Shown here: positions 19,874 through 29,349 of the stretch, piece by piece
How the letters are laid out: every line of letters starts with the position of its first letter
Position numbering within the stretch: position 1 is the first letter of the stretch
DNA from: an uncultured Gemmatimonadota bacterium
GTDB lineage: Bacteria > JAAXHH01
Length of the DNA stretch: 64,000 bases
NCBI GenBank assembly: GCA_951812955.1
Contig: OX638340.1
Span: forward strand, 2,048,001 to 2,112,000
Reading direction: 5' to 3'
Position numbers and translations under genes: made by a program
Notes under the pieces: model-generated
The model's database searches: none
The model's input: only the letters and a program-made list of their open reading frames with translations
Told to the model about the DNA's origin: nothing

Positions 19874-20856
19874 TCATCACCCAGACCCCCCTGCGCATCA
19901 GCTTCGCAGGCGGGCTGACGGATTTCTCCGATTTCTACGAGCGGGAAGACGGCCTGGTCGTCAGCGCGGCCATCGACAAATACATCTTCGTCATCATCAA
20001 TGAACGATTCGACGACCGGATTTACATCAACTATTCGAAAAGGGAGGCCGTCGATCATCCCGACGAGATCGAGCACGACCTGATCCGGGAGGCCCTGCGG
20101 CTTACCGGCGTGAGCCGGGGCGTGGAAATCACGACGCTGACGGACATTCCCGCCGAAGGATCTGGCCTGGGGTCCTCGAGCAGTATTACCGTGGGCCTAT
20201 TGAACGCCCTGTATACCTATTGCGGCAATCCGCAGCCCACGGAGAAACTGGCGCGGGACGCCTGCGAGATTGAAATCGACCGGTGCGCACAGCCAATCGG
20301 GAAGCAGGACCAGTACATCGCGGCCTACGGCGGGCTGCGCGGTTTCACTTTCCGGCCCGTCGGCGTGGAGGTGGAACACCTCGGCCTCGCCAACGGACAT
20401 GCGGAATGGTTGAGTGACAGTCTGATGCTGTTCTACACCAACAAGACGCGCAAGGCGGAAACCATCCTGCGCGAGCAGAAAGCGAATATGTCCGACAAAT
20501 TCACCCTCGTTAAAGAAATCAAATCCGTGGCGCAAGGTGTGCGTGCAGCCCTGACGGCCGGCCGGATCGACGGCATGGGCGAGCTGCTGGACCGGGGCTG
20601 GAAGTGGAAGTACAGGATGTCCGGCCTGGTGAGCAACGCCGAGATCGACTCCATGTACCGACGGGCCAAGGACGCCGGCGCCACCGGGGGCAAGGTATGC
20701 GGTGCGGGAGGCGGTGGTTTCCTGCTCCTGTTTTGTCCCGCATCCACCCGTTCCAGGGTCCGCGAAGCGCTGTCCGACTACAGGGAACTGCCCTTCAACC
20801 TGGAGCGGGACGGCACCAAGGTGATCTTCAATATGCGGAGGCAGGTATCAAAGTGA
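19870..20856 (+). CDS. hddA: GHMP kinase, D-glycero-alpha-D-manno-heptose 7-phosphate kinase-like
   Basis: 'MIITQTPLRISFAGGLTD' N-terminus and 'PAEGSGLGSSSS' motif typical of HddA; adjacent SIS isomerase gmhA. Confidence 0.75.
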   Translation: MIITQTPLRISFAGGLTDFSDFYEREDGLVVSAAIDKYIFVIINERFDDRIYINYSKREAVDHPDEIEHDLIREALRLTGVSRGVEITTLTDIPAEGSGLGSSSSITVGLLNALYTYCGNPQPTEKLARDACEIEIDRCAQPIGKQDQYIAAYGGLRGFTFRPVGVEVEHLGLANGHAEWLSDSLMLFYTNKTRKAETILREQKANMSDKFTLVKEIKSVAQGVRAALTAGRIDGMGELLDRGWKWKYRMSGLVSNAEIDSMYRRAKDAGATGGKVCGAGGGGFLLLFCPASTRSRVREALSDYRELPFNLERDGTKVIFNMRRQVSK

Positions 20857-20890
20857 TCCGCGAGAACCACGACTGGACACGGGAGGTCCG

Positions 20891-21457
20891 ATGATCCGCG
20901 AATACCTCGACTGGACACGGGAGGTCCTGGACCGGATCGATCCCGGCGAAGTGCAGGAACTCATCGATCTCCTGATGGACGCGCGGAAGAAAGGGCGAGG
21001 CATCTTCGTCATAGGGAACGGCGGCAGCGCGGCCACGGCCTCGCATTTCGCCGTGGACCTGGGCAAGGGCACGCTGCGCGGCACGGAAGATCAACCCCGA
21101 TTCCGGGTCAACAGCCTTACCGACAACCTCCCCTACGTCACCGCATGGGCAAACGACTTCGACTACGACCTGGTCTTCGAACAGCAACTTCGCAACCTGG
21201 GCGCCCCCGGCGATGTGGTCATCGGCATCAGCGCGTCGGGGAACAGTCCCAACGTGGTCCGCGCCCTGGAATTCGCCCGTACCGCCGGGATGGTTTCGGT
21301 CGCGATGACGGGGTTCTCAGGCGGCACGCTCATGGAAATCGCAGATCATTCTGTCCATGTCCCCGTAGACGACTACGGCATGGCGGAGAACATGCACATG
21401 CTCATCGTCCACATCATCGTCACGCAGACCACGTCCCGCGTAGCGAACGGCGAATGA
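20891..21457 (+). CDS. gmhA: SIS-domain sedoheptulose-7-phosphate isomerase
   Basis: 'IFVIGNGGSAATASHFAVDL' SIS motif; 188 aa. Confidence 0.8.
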   Translation: MIREYLDWTREVLDRIDPGEVQELIDLLMDARKKGRGIFVIGNGGSAATASHFAVDLGKGTLRGTEDQPRFRVNSLTDNLPYVTAWANDFDYDLVFEQQLRNLGAPGDVVIGISASGNSPNVVRALEFARTAGMVSVAMTGFSGGTLMEIADHSVHVPVDDYGMAENMHMLIVHIIVTQTTSRVANGE

Positions 21458-22329
21458 CCCTACATTCCTTTGCCAAGATCAATCTCAGTATACACCTGCT
21501 CGGGAAGCGGCCCGACGGCTACCACGAGATCGTCACGCTGATGGAGACCGTAAACCTGGCCGATGACCTGGAAATAACCGGGCAGGAGGCAGGAACGACA
21601 GTCACGTGCTCCGACCCGTCCGTGCCGACGGACGGGCGTAACCTGGCGCACAGGGCGGCCGTTCTCGTGCGGGACCGTTACGGACTCGGCGACCGGGGTG
21701 TGCGCATCCATATCGAGAAGCGCATCCCGGTGACGGCGGGACTCGCCGGCGGGAGCGGCAACGCGGCCGCGACGCTGCACGGACTCAACGCGCTCTGGTC
21801 GCTGGGATTGCGGAAGGAAGACCTGATGGGCCTCGCCGGGGAGCTGGGATCCGATGTGCCCTTCTGTCTCTACGGCGGCGTGGCGGTAGCGACCGGCCGG
21901 GGAGAAAGGGTCGCCTGGTTGGATGCGGCCGGATCACGCAGCTATGTCCTGGTCTGCCCGCCCCTCGCGGTCACCAGCGGATGGGCCTACAGCAGGTGGA
22001 AAATGGAATTGACAAAAGACGGGTCCTGTATTAACTTAATCTCTTCTGTCATGCAGGCGGGGGACACAGGTAGACTGGCGTCCTGCCTGCATAACGACCT
22101 GGAACCGGCGGTCCGGGCGGCCTATCCCGAAATCGACAGGGCGAAGGGCCTGCTGGCGGACGCCGGAATGGAAGGCGTGCTGATGTCCGGCAGCGGTCCG
22201 GCGGTCTTCGGACTGGCGCCCGACCGGACGGCGGCGGAACGGATAGCAAGCGATCTGCGGGGACGGGTCGAACCGTCCTGGCGGGTCTTCGCGGTTTCCT
22301 CGTCTCCCCGCCGAAATGCCGCGGTTTAA
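21454..22329 (+). CDS. ispE: 4-(cytidine 5'-diphospho)-2-C-methyl-D-erythritol kinase
   Basis: 'KINLSIHLLGKRPDGYHEI' N-terminus and GHMP motif 'PVTAGLAGGSGNAAA'; ATGA overlap with gmhA; ispE-prs synteny. Confidence 0.85.
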   Translation: MTLHSFAKINLSIHLLGKRPDGYHEIVTLMETVNLADDLEITGQEAGTTVTCSDPSVPTDGRNLAHRAAVLVRDRYGLGDRGVRIHIEKRIPVTAGLAGGSGNAAATLHGLNALWSLGLRKEDLMGLAGELGSDVPFCLYGGVAVATGRGERVAWLDAAGSRSYVLVCPPLAVTSGWAYSRWKMELTKDGSCINLISSVMQAGDTGRLASCLHNDLEPAVRAAYPEIDRAKGLLADAGMEGVLMSGSGPAVFGLAPDRTAAERIASDLRGRVEPSWRVFAVSSSPRRNAAV

Positions 22330-22355
22330 ACGAGGATCCGGAAGGAGGACGGAGC

Positions 22356-23309
22356 ATGGCGGTCGGTTTGAAGATTCTGAGTGGGAATTCAAACGCACCG
22401 CTTGCTAACGACATCTGTGATTATCTCGGCGTATCCCTGGGCAAAGCCGCCGTTTCGCGTTTCAGCGACGAGGAGATCCGGATACACATCAATGAGGACA
22501 TCCGCGGGACGGACGTGTTCGTGGTCCAATCGACCAATTCTCCGGCGGAGAACCTCCTCGAGTTGCTGCTGCTGCTCGACGCGGCGAAACGGGCTTCGGC
22601 CCGCAGGGCTACCGCGGTGATCCCCTATTACGGCTATGCCCGGCAGGACCGCAAGGCGGGGCCCCGGGTACCCATTTCCGCCAAGGTCGTCGCAAACCTG
22701 ATCGCAGCGGCCGGGGCGGACCGCGTGCTGACGATGGACCTGCACGCGCCTCAGATCCAGGGATTCTTCGACATCCCCCTGGATCATCTGTACTCCGCGC
22801 CCGTGTTTACGGGCCGGCTCAGGGAACTGGGGACTTCGGATGAACTCGTAATCGCGTCACCGGACGCGGGAGGCATGGCCATGGCCCGGTCCTACGGCAG
22901 GCGGCTGAACTGCCCCCTGGCCCTGGTGGACAAGCGGCGGCCGAGACCCAACGTGTCCGAGGTCGTCAACGTGATCGGCGAAGTGGAAGGGAAAAACGTA
23001 ATCATCCGCGACGACATGATCGACACCGGGGGAAGCCTGACCGGAGCGGCCGAGGCCTTGAAGAAGAATGGCGCTGAAACGATATACGCGGCGTGCACCC
23101 ACGCGTTGCTCTCCGGAAACGCCGTGCAGAAGGTGGAGGATTCCGTACTGGACAGCCTGATCGTCTCAGACTCGATTCGACTGAGCAAGGACAAGCAGAG
23201 CGGCAAGCTGGAACAACTGTCCGTCGCGTCCCTGTTCGGCGAGGCAATCAAGCGCATACACGAAGAAAAATCCGTCAGTTCGCTCTTCGAATCGTCGGAT
23301 CAGACCTGA
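22356..23309 (+). CDS. prs: ribose-phosphate pyrophosphokinase
   Basis: PRPP-binding motif 'VIIRDDMIDTGGSL', 'YYGYARQDRK'. Confidence 0.9.
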   Translation: MAVGLKILSGNSNAPLANDICDYLGVSLGKAAVSRFSDEEIRIHINEDIRGTDVFVVQSTNSPAENLLELLLLLDAAKRASARRATAVIPYYGYARQDRKAGPRVPISAKVVANLIAAAGADRVLTMDLHAPQIQGFFDIPLDHLYSAPVFTGRLRELGTSDELVIASPDAGGMAMARSYGRRLNCPLALVDKRRPRPNVSEVVNVIGEVEGKNVIIRDDMIDTGGSLTGAAEALKKNGAETIYAACTHALLSGNAVQKVEDSVLDSLIVSDSIRLSKDKQSGKLEQLSVASLFGEAIKRIHEEKSVSSLFESSDQT

Positions 23310-23397
23310 GGCAGGTCATCCGTCCGGTGCCGCTGGTACGGGATAAACCACCGGCAACGGACTGCAACGGAACACCGGTATCACACAGGAGAAGGAA

Positions 23398-24063
23398 ATG
23401 AACCAGGTATCGCTAAAGGCCCGTCAACGCACGGTCACCGGTAAGCAGGTCACCAAGGTGCTTCGGCGGGACGGTGGTCTGCCCGCCGTGGTTTACGGCA
23501 GCGGGGAGTCCCCGACTTCGCTGACCATCGACTACCACGAATTCGAGGGATTTCTCAGGAAGACCAGGGGTGAAAGCGTCGTCATCAACCTGGAAATCGA
23601 AGGCATGGACGACAAAAAGGCCCTGTTGCGGGATATACAGCGGGACTATCTGAGAAACCAGCTGCTCCACGCCGATTTCCAGCAGATCAGGATGAGCGAC
23701 CAGATCACCACGGAGGTCTCGCTCGTGATGATGGGCGAACCTGTCGGCGTTACGAGAGACGGCGGGGTGCTGGACCAGTCTCTGCGGGTGATTGAGATCA
23801 GCTGTGTCGCTTCCGAGATTCCCGAACATCTGGAAGTGGACATAGGCAACCTGGGCATGGGCGAGACGATCCATGTCAGCGATCTTACCTTCGAGAACGT
23901 AGAAATCGTGACCGATGGAGAGGTCGCCGTGGTGTCCGTGCTTACGCCGATGGCCGAGGAGCCGGAAGAAGAAGAAGCCGACCTGGAGCAGGAAGAACCG
24001 GAAATCATTGGCCGGGCCCAGGAAGACGACGAGGACGAGGACGAAGACGGGGACGAAGCATAA
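23398..24063 (+). CDS. rplY: 50S ribosomal protein L25/general stress protein Ctc
   Basis: canonical L25 N-domain plus acidic C-terminal tail; prs-ctc-pth synteny. Confidence 0.85.
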   Translation: MNQVSLKARQRTVTGKQVTKVLRRDGGLPAVVYGSGESPTSLTIDYHEFEGFLRKTRGESVVINLEIEGMDDKKALLRDIQRDYLRNQLLHADFQQIRMSDQITTEVSLVMMGEPVGVTRDGGVLDQSLRVIEISCVASEIPEHLEVDIGNLGMGETIHVSDLTFENVEIVTDGEVAVVSVLTPMAEEPEEEEADLEQEEPEIIGRAQEDDEDEDEDGDEA

Positions 24064-24123
24064 GGCAGCCCGGTTATGTGTCAGCATGGCGATTCCGGAT
24101 CCTTGCGGCCTGATGGTCCGTCC

Positions 24124-24699
24124 ATGCATGCCTTCATCGGCCTTGGCAATCCGGGCGTCCGGTACGCGGGCACACGCCATAACGCCGGGTTCGACGTGAT
24201 CGACACCTGGCTTCGGCGTCTCGACCTTGAACTCGCTCCGGTAAGCGATCGGTTTCACGGTACCGTCGCGACGATCGCCGGACTTCCCGTGGCGCTGGTC
24301 AAGCCACTGACTTTCATGAACCGCAGCGGGCACGCGGTCCGGGAAGCGGTGGGACATTACGAACTCGGCGTCGATCGCATCGTGGTCGTCTGCGACGACG
24401 TAAACCTGCCTTTCGGCACGCTGCGTCTCAGGGCGAAGGGCAGTCATGGCGGCCACCGGGGCCTGGAATCCATCGTCGAAGCGCTCGGAACGGAAGCTTT
24501 CAACCGTCAGCGCATCGGGATCGACGTTCCCCGGGATGCCGATACGCTCATCGACTACGTGCTGGAGGCGTTTTCCGAAGAAGAAGCAACCGATCTGCCC
24601 ATCGTCCTCGACCGGGCATGCGACCAGCTCGAGCTGTTCGTCCGTAACGGCTGGGGCGAGGCCGCGAGCAGGTATAACGGTCCTTCGTTCGAGGACTGA
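24124..24699 (+). CDS. pth: peptidyl-tRNA hydrolase
   Basis: 'IGLGNPG..Y..TRHNAGF' N-terminal signature. Confidence 0.85.
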   Translation: MHAFIGLGNPGVRYAGTRHNAGFDVIDTWLRRLDLELAPVSDRFHGTVATIAGLPVALVKPLTFMNRSGHAVREAVGHYELGVDRIVVVCDDVNLPFGTLRLRAKGSHGGHRGLESIVEALGTEAFNRQRIGIDVPRDADTLIDYVLEAFSEEEATDLPIVLDRACDQLELFVRNGWGEAASRYNGPSFED

Positions 24700-24739
24700 A
24701 GGCAATCCGGACAAGCCAACCCGCATACAACCAAGGAGA

Positions 24740-25129
24740 ATGCACGTGCGGTCCTATGAAACAGTAGTGATTATCGATTCCAAGCTTGAAGAAGCGCCGC
24801 TCGATGAGGAGATCACCACCATCGAGGGCCTTATTTCGTCAAACCAGGGGGAAGTCGTCCACACGGAACGCTGGGGAAACCGGAAACTCAGTTACGAGAT
24901 CAACGATACCCACCAGGGTTTCTACACGTTGATCCGTTACGACGGCGAACCGGAGCTGGTAGACGTGCTGGACCGGTCGTTCAAGTTGAATAATCGCGTA
25001 CTCCGACACATGACGAAACGGGTCAGGAAACATCCAGCCCATGTATACGAAAAGGTGGAACAGATCGAAAAAGCGGAACAGGCCGAAAAGGCGGAACAGG
25101 CCGAAAAGGACAAGGGAGCGGAGTCATGA
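24740..25129 (+). CDS. rpsF: 30S ribosomal protein S6
   Basis: 'YETVVIID' S6 N-terminus; AAGGAGA RBS; C-terminal AEQAEK repeats. Confidence 0.85.
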   Translation: MHVRSYETVVIIDSKLEEAPLDEEITTIEGLISSNQGEVVHTERWGNRKLSYEINDTHQGFYTLIRYDGEPELVDVLDRSFKLNNRVLRHMTKRVRKHPAHVYEKVEQIEKAEQAEKAEQAEKDKGAES

Positions 25130-25359
25130 ATAAAAACAAGATAACCAGGGCGAGAAAGCAGAAGCGCATTCCGGGCCGTATCAAGAACATCGATTACAAG
25201 GACCCGAAGCAACTCCGGCGCTTCGTCACCGAACGAGGCAAAATCGTGCCCAGTCGGATTTCCGGCGCCAGCGCGTTGTGCCAACGCCGCCTGGCCAAGG
25301 CCGTCAAGCGGGCGCGGCACATCGGCCTGCTCCCCTTCATCGAAGAGACCTACAAGTAG
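25126..25359 (+). CDS. rpsR: 30S ribosomal protein S18
   Basis: 77 aa, '[26 protein letters not shown]' signature. Confidence 0.9.
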   Translation: MNKNKITRARKQKRIPGRIKNIDYKDPKQLRRFVTERGKIVPSRISGASALCQRRLAKAVKRARHIGLLPFIEETYK

Positions 25360-25373
25360 CGGAGGAGTCGGAC

Positions 25374-25817
25374 GTGAAGCTCATATTGACCGAGTCTGTG
25401 CATAACCTGGGAAACATCGGTGAAATCGTCGACGTTTCCAATGGGTACGGCAGAAACTTCCTGATGCTGACGAAGAAGGCCATCCCGGCAACTCCCGGAA
25501 ACATGAAGATGCTCCAGGGCAAATTGAAGCAGCAGTTGGCCCTGGAAGCCAAGACCATCGAACAGACTTCCGAACTCGCCAAGATCCTGGAAGAGGTCTC
25601 TCTCACCGCCGTCGTGCAGGTCGGTGAAGAGGATCGTATGTTCGGTTCCGTCACCCAGCAGCACATCGCCGATCTGCTGAAGGAAAAAGGATACGAAATC
25701 GACCGGCGCAAGATCCGTATCGACGAGCCCATCAAGGTGCTGGGCATATATACCATACCCATTATGCTGCACGCCAGGGTAGAGGCCAACGTGAAGCTCT
25801 GGGTGGTCAAGGAGTAG
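25374..25817 (+). CDS. rplI: 50S ribosomal protein L9
   Basis: 'KLILTESVHNLGNIGEIVDVSNGYGRNFL' L9 N-domain; GTG start after GGAGGAG. Confidence 0.85.
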   Translation: MKLILTESVHNLGNIGEIVDVSNGYGRNFLMLTKKAIPATPGNMKMLQGKLKQQLALEAKTIEQTSELAKILEEVSLTAVVQVGEEDRMFGSVTQQHIADLLKEKGYEIDRRKIRIDEPIKVLGIYTIPIMLHARVEANVKLWVVKE

Positions 25818-25895
25818 GGCTCCTGCAGCGTTAAATTGGCCTTGACTTGGAGCGCCCGTTTTCATATATTGGCCGTTCGTGAAGGCGGAGGAGAA

Positions 25896-26186
25896 ATGGC
25901 GAGAAGATCGCAGTCAGAGCCCGGTTCAACCCGGTCGTCCGGACGGCGTCGCGCCACGGGTCCCCAGAAGTATGTTCCACCGTTCCGGGGTTCCCATTAT
26001 CGTCTCCTCGCCGTGGTTCTCGGCGTCATACTACTGGGTTTCGTCGTGTTGGCCTACGAATCGATCACCCTGGCGCCTTTGCTGATGGTTTCCGGTTATT
26101 GTGTGGGCATACCCATAATCCTGATCTGGAGGGGTAGATTTCCTTGGGCGGGTTCGGCCAACGACCGGGGATCGCGTCGACCGTAG
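25896..26186 (+). CDS. hypothetical small membrane protein (weak call)
   Basis: ORF with two predicted TM helices between rplI and tRNA-Val; no recognisable family. Confidence 0.3.
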   Translation: MARRSQSEPGSTRSSGRRRATGPQKYVPPFRGSHYRLLAVVLGVILLGFVVLAYESITLAPLLMVSGYCVGIPIILIWRGRFPWAGSANDRGSRRP

Positions 26187-26201
26187 CGTGAATACACGTA
26201 C

Positions 26202-26276
26202 GGGCGATTAGCTCAGTTGGTTCAGAGCGCATGCCTTACAAGCATGAGGTCACTGGTTCGAATCCAGTATCGCCCA
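26202..26276 (+). tRNA. tRNA-Val (anticodon TAC)
   Basis: GGGCGAT acceptor, anticodon loop CTTACAA, GGTTCGAATCC T-loop. Confidence 0.85.
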
Positions 26277-26288
26277 TGCAGCAAATTC

Positions 26289-26363
26289 GGGGGCGTAGTT
26301 CAATCTGGTTAGAGCACTGCCCTGTCACGGCAGAAGTTGCGGGTTCGAGTCCCGTCGTCCCCG
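26289..26363 (+). tRNA. tRNA-Asp (anticodon GTC)
   Basis: anticodon loop CTGTCAC; TTCGAGT T-loop; discriminator G. Confidence 0.85.
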
Positions 26364-26421
26364 TTTATCTCGATCGATAGCCCGTCGAACATGCATGGTT
26401 CCGGCGGGCTATCTTGATTAT

Positions 26422-26505
26422 GCCGGAGTGGTGGAATTGGTAGACGCGAGGGACTCAAAATCCCTTGACCGCAAGGTCGTGTCGGTTCGAGTCCGACCTC
26501 CGGCA
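26422..26505 (+). tRNA. tRNA-Leu (anticodon CAA), long variable arm
   Basis: GCCGGAG acceptor, anticodon loop CTCAAAA, long extra arm. Confidence 0.85.
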
Positions 26506-26596
26506 TCCCGATCCGTCGCCGGACGGGTCCTACCGGGCACGGTAGCATCCCGAATGCGGCACGACCGCCGGTTACCACGCGGATTCCGCTTTTCAG

Positions 26597-26656
26597 CAGG
26601 CCCGGCACGCCCGACAGGCCCGGCAGGCCCGGCACGCCCGGTAGGCCCGGCACGCC
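26597..26656. repeat. short GC-rich tandem repeat (GGCCCGGCAcGCCCG-like units) between tRNA-Leu and M20 peptidase gene
   Basis: 4-5 imperfect copies of a ~10-14 bp unit read directly in sequence. Confidence 0.6.
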
Positions 26657-26702
26657 TTCAGCGCCATTGCATTGTCCCTCAACAAGAAAGCAGGTTGAAG
26701 CG

Positions 26703-27818
26703 ATGTTTGATCCGGTCCAGGTCACCAGGGAACTGATCGCATTCAATTCGATCAGCGCCAACAGCAACGCGGCCGTTTCCGATTACCTGCAGGAGCAACT
26801 TGCCCGGGCGGGTTTCACGATCGAGCGCATCACCTACCAGGACGCCGGCGGCGTGGAGAAGGTCAATCTCGTCGGCCGCAAGGGCGAGGGGAAGGGCGGG
26901 CTGGCGTTGCTGGGCCATTCCGACACCGTCCCGGTGGACGGCTGGGAATCGGATCCCTTCGCGGCGGAGATCAGGGACAACCGGATATACGGCCGCGGGA
27001 GCTGCGACATGAAAGGCGCGCTGGCCACCATGCTAGCGGCTGGGGCGTCCTTCGAGCCGTCGGACCTTTCCGCACCGGTATATCTCGTGTTCACGGCCGA
27101 CGAGGAAGTCGGATGCTGGGGCGCGGCAGAAGTCAGCGAACGGTCCGAACTCCTGTCGGATAACGGCCTTCGCTACGGGATCATCTGCGAACCCACGCGC
27201 ATGGAAGTGGTGCGCGCGCACAAGGGCGCCATTTTCATCCGGGGGGAGACCAAAGGCCGGGCGGCCCACAGCAGCACCGGCAGAGGCGTCAACGCCCATC
27301 TCGCCATGATCCCATTTCTTTCGGAGATGAAGGCCATCCACGACGAGTTGCGATTGGATCCCGTCCACCTGAACGACGAATTCGATCCGCCCTTCTCCGA
27401 CTGGAACATCGGGATCAACGACGGCGGGATCGCCCTGAACATGACGGCGCCCGGCAGCGTATGTACGGTCTACTACCGGCCCATGCCCGGACAGGACCAG
27501 GAAGCCATCCTGGACCGCACGCGGCGGGCGGCCGAGGAAAACGGCGTGGAACTGACGATCCAGAAGATCGGGGATCCCTTCAGTACGTCCGAGGACTCGG
27601 AACTGGTCCGGACGGCCCTGCGGATCACGGATACGGATCGGGCCCATACGGTACCCTACGGCACCGATGGCCTGGTCTTCGGCAGGAAGATGGAGCTGAT
27701 CCTGCTGGGGCCGGGGGACATCAGCCAGGCTCATACGGTGGACGAGTGGATGGACCTGGACCAGTTCGACCTGGCCATCGACGCGTACAAGGCCATGATC
27801 CGCGCGTTCTGCGTGTGA
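26703..27818 (+). CDS. M20-family metallo-deacylase (ArgE/DapE/acetylornithine deacetylase-like)
   Basis: M20 metal-binding motifs ('LGHSDTVP', 'GRGSCDMKG', 'ADEEVG'); alternative TTG start at 26667. Confidence 0.75.
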   Translation: MFDPVQVTRELIAFNSISANSNAAVSDYLQEQLARAGFTIERITYQDAGGVEKVNLVGRKGEGKGGLALLGHSDTVPVDGWESDPFAAEIRDNRIYGRGSCDMKGALATMLAAGASFEPSDLSAPVYLVFTADEEVGCWGAAEVSERSELLSDNGLRYGIICEPTRMEVVRAHKGAIFIRGETKGRAAHSSTGRGVNAHLAMIPFLSEMKAIHDELRLDPVHLNDEFDPPFSDWNIGINDGGIALNMTAPGSVCTVYYRPMPGQDQEAILDRTRRAAEENGVELTIQKIGDPFSTSEDSELVRTALRITDTDRAHTVPYGTDGLVFGRKMELILLGPGDISQAHTVDEWMDLDQFDLAIDAYKAMIRAFCV

Positions 27819-27859
27819 TGGACTTTGACCGATAATTGCGATATGGTTGATATGGCATC

Positions 27860-28123
27860 ATGAAGACGACGCTCAACATCCAGGACGAATTGCTGGCGCG
27901 TGCCAAGCGACACGCGCAGCGGACCGGACGGCCGCTACGCGCCGTGGTAGAAGAGGGTCTGCGCGAAGAGGGTCTGCGCAAGGTGCTCTCAACCGAATCC
28001 CCCCATGATCGCTATATTCTGCCCGACCACAGCGTGGGCGAAGCCGGGGGAAGAGACCCCCTGGAGGCGTACTCCTGGCAGGACCTCCGGGAAGTGATCT
28101 ACGGAGAGCCTCACCTCCCGTGA
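27860..28123 (+). CDS. VapB-type (Rv0623-like) type II antitoxin, orphan
   Basis: 'MKTTLNIQDELLARAKRHAQRTGRPLRAVVEEGLR' matches the VapB antitoxin N-domain; no PIN toxin adjacent; internal 15-bp tandem duplication (EEGLREEGLR). Confidence 0.55.
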   Translation: MKTTLNIQDELLARAKRHAQRTGRPLRAVVEEGLREEGLRKVLSTESPHDRYILPDHSVGEAGGRDPLEAYSWQDLREVIYGEPHLP

Positions 28124-28150
28124 TTGCTGCGACGCAAGGAGGACACTGAA

Positions 28151-29224
28151 TTGCAGATCGGCCTCGTCGGCCTGCCCGGTTCCGGGAAAACCACGTTGTT
28201 CAACGCGCTGGTGCGAGCCAACGCCGAAACCGGGGCGTTCACGGGCAAAAACAAGGCCAACCGGGGGACGATAAAGGTTCCGGATCAACGGGTTACCCGA
28301 CTTTCGAGCCTCTTCAACCCCCTCAAGACCACCTTCGCCACCGTGGAATACCTCGATATCGGCGGTATAACCGCGGGATCCGGAAAACAAGAGGAGCAGC
28401 AGGGCGACGGAGGATTGAACGACCTGCGCAACATGGACGTGCTGGTGCATGTCCTCCGCGGGTTTCCCGACCTCTCCAATACGCCCGTTACCCCCCGCGA
28501 GGATTTCGAAACGGTGGAGCTCGAACTCGCCATCGCCGATCTCGAGATCATCGAGCGCCGGCTGGGGCGCCTATCCAAGGAAGCCCGGTCCACCAAGAGA
28601 CCGGAACTGGTGCGTGAATGGCAACTGCTTGAACAGTGCAAGGAGGAAATCGAGGGCGGCGGAGTCATCCGGAACCTCGAATTCGTTCCGGAAGATGAAA
28701 AAAGGCTGAGGGGCTATCGTTTTCTGTCCCAGAAACCCGTTCTGCTGGTGCTGAATATCCCCGAGGATAACCTGGGCCGGGAGGTGCAGGACGTGGAAGC
28801 ACTTCGCGATTACACCGACTGCAAGGACGTACTGGTCCTCTCCGCCAGGGTCGAAATGGAGATCGCCCAGCTCGACGAAGAGGATGCCGGCGCCTTCCTG
28901 GAAGACCTGGGCATTGGCGAATCCGCCCTGGACCGAATGATTATCGCCTCGTACGGGCTGCTGAACCTGATCTCCTTTTTCACGGTGGGCGAAGACGAGG
29001 TAAAGGCCTGGACCGTCACGAGAGGCGTCACGGCGCCCAAAGCGGCCGGGGCGATCCACTCCGACCTTGAACGGGGGTTCATCCGGGCCGAGACGCTGGA
29101 ATGTCAGACGCTGATCGATCTCGGCGGATTGCAGGCCGCGAAAGAGCAAGGTGCGCTGCGCGTGGAAGGCAAGCAATATGTCGTCCAGGACGGCGATGTG
29201 ATTAACGTGAGATTCAGTGTTTGA
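28151..29224 (+). CDS. ychF: ribosome-binding ATPase YchF (Obg-family GTPase)
   Basis: 'IGLVGLPGSGKTTLFNAL' P-loop, TGS C-terminal domain; TTG start 8 nt after AAGGAGG. Confidence 0.85.
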   Translation: MQIGLVGLPGSGKTTLFNALVRANAETGAFTGKNKANRGTIKVPDQRVTRLSSLFNPLKTTFATVEYLDIGGITAGSGKQEEQQGDGGLNDLRNMDVLVHVLRGFPDLSNTPVTPREDFETVELELAIADLEIIERRLGRLSKEARSTKRPELVREWQLLEQCKEEIEGGGVIRNLEFVPEDEKRLRGYRFLSQKPVLLVLNIPEDNLGREVQDVEALRDYTDCKDVLVLSARVEMEIAQLDEEDAGAFLEDLGIGESALDRMIIASYGLLNLISFFTVGEDEVKAWTVTRGVTAPKAAGAIHSDLERGFIRAETLECQTLIDLGGLQAAKEQGALRVEGKQYVVQDGDVINVRFSV

Positions 29225-29349
29225 TCGCGCCGGAATCATGCGTTGAAGATTTCGCTTGTCAACCAGTAAGCCAGGTCGATATCATAGAATACCCGTTCTG
29301 CCCGTGACTACCGGGACTAATTCCATCACCTGAAAATGGATCGAGGATA

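Noticed and set aside
26309-26767. ORFs overlapping the tRNA-Val/Asp/Leu cluster on both strands
   Set aside because: The region is occupied by three well-formed tRNAs. The translated sequences are low complexity.
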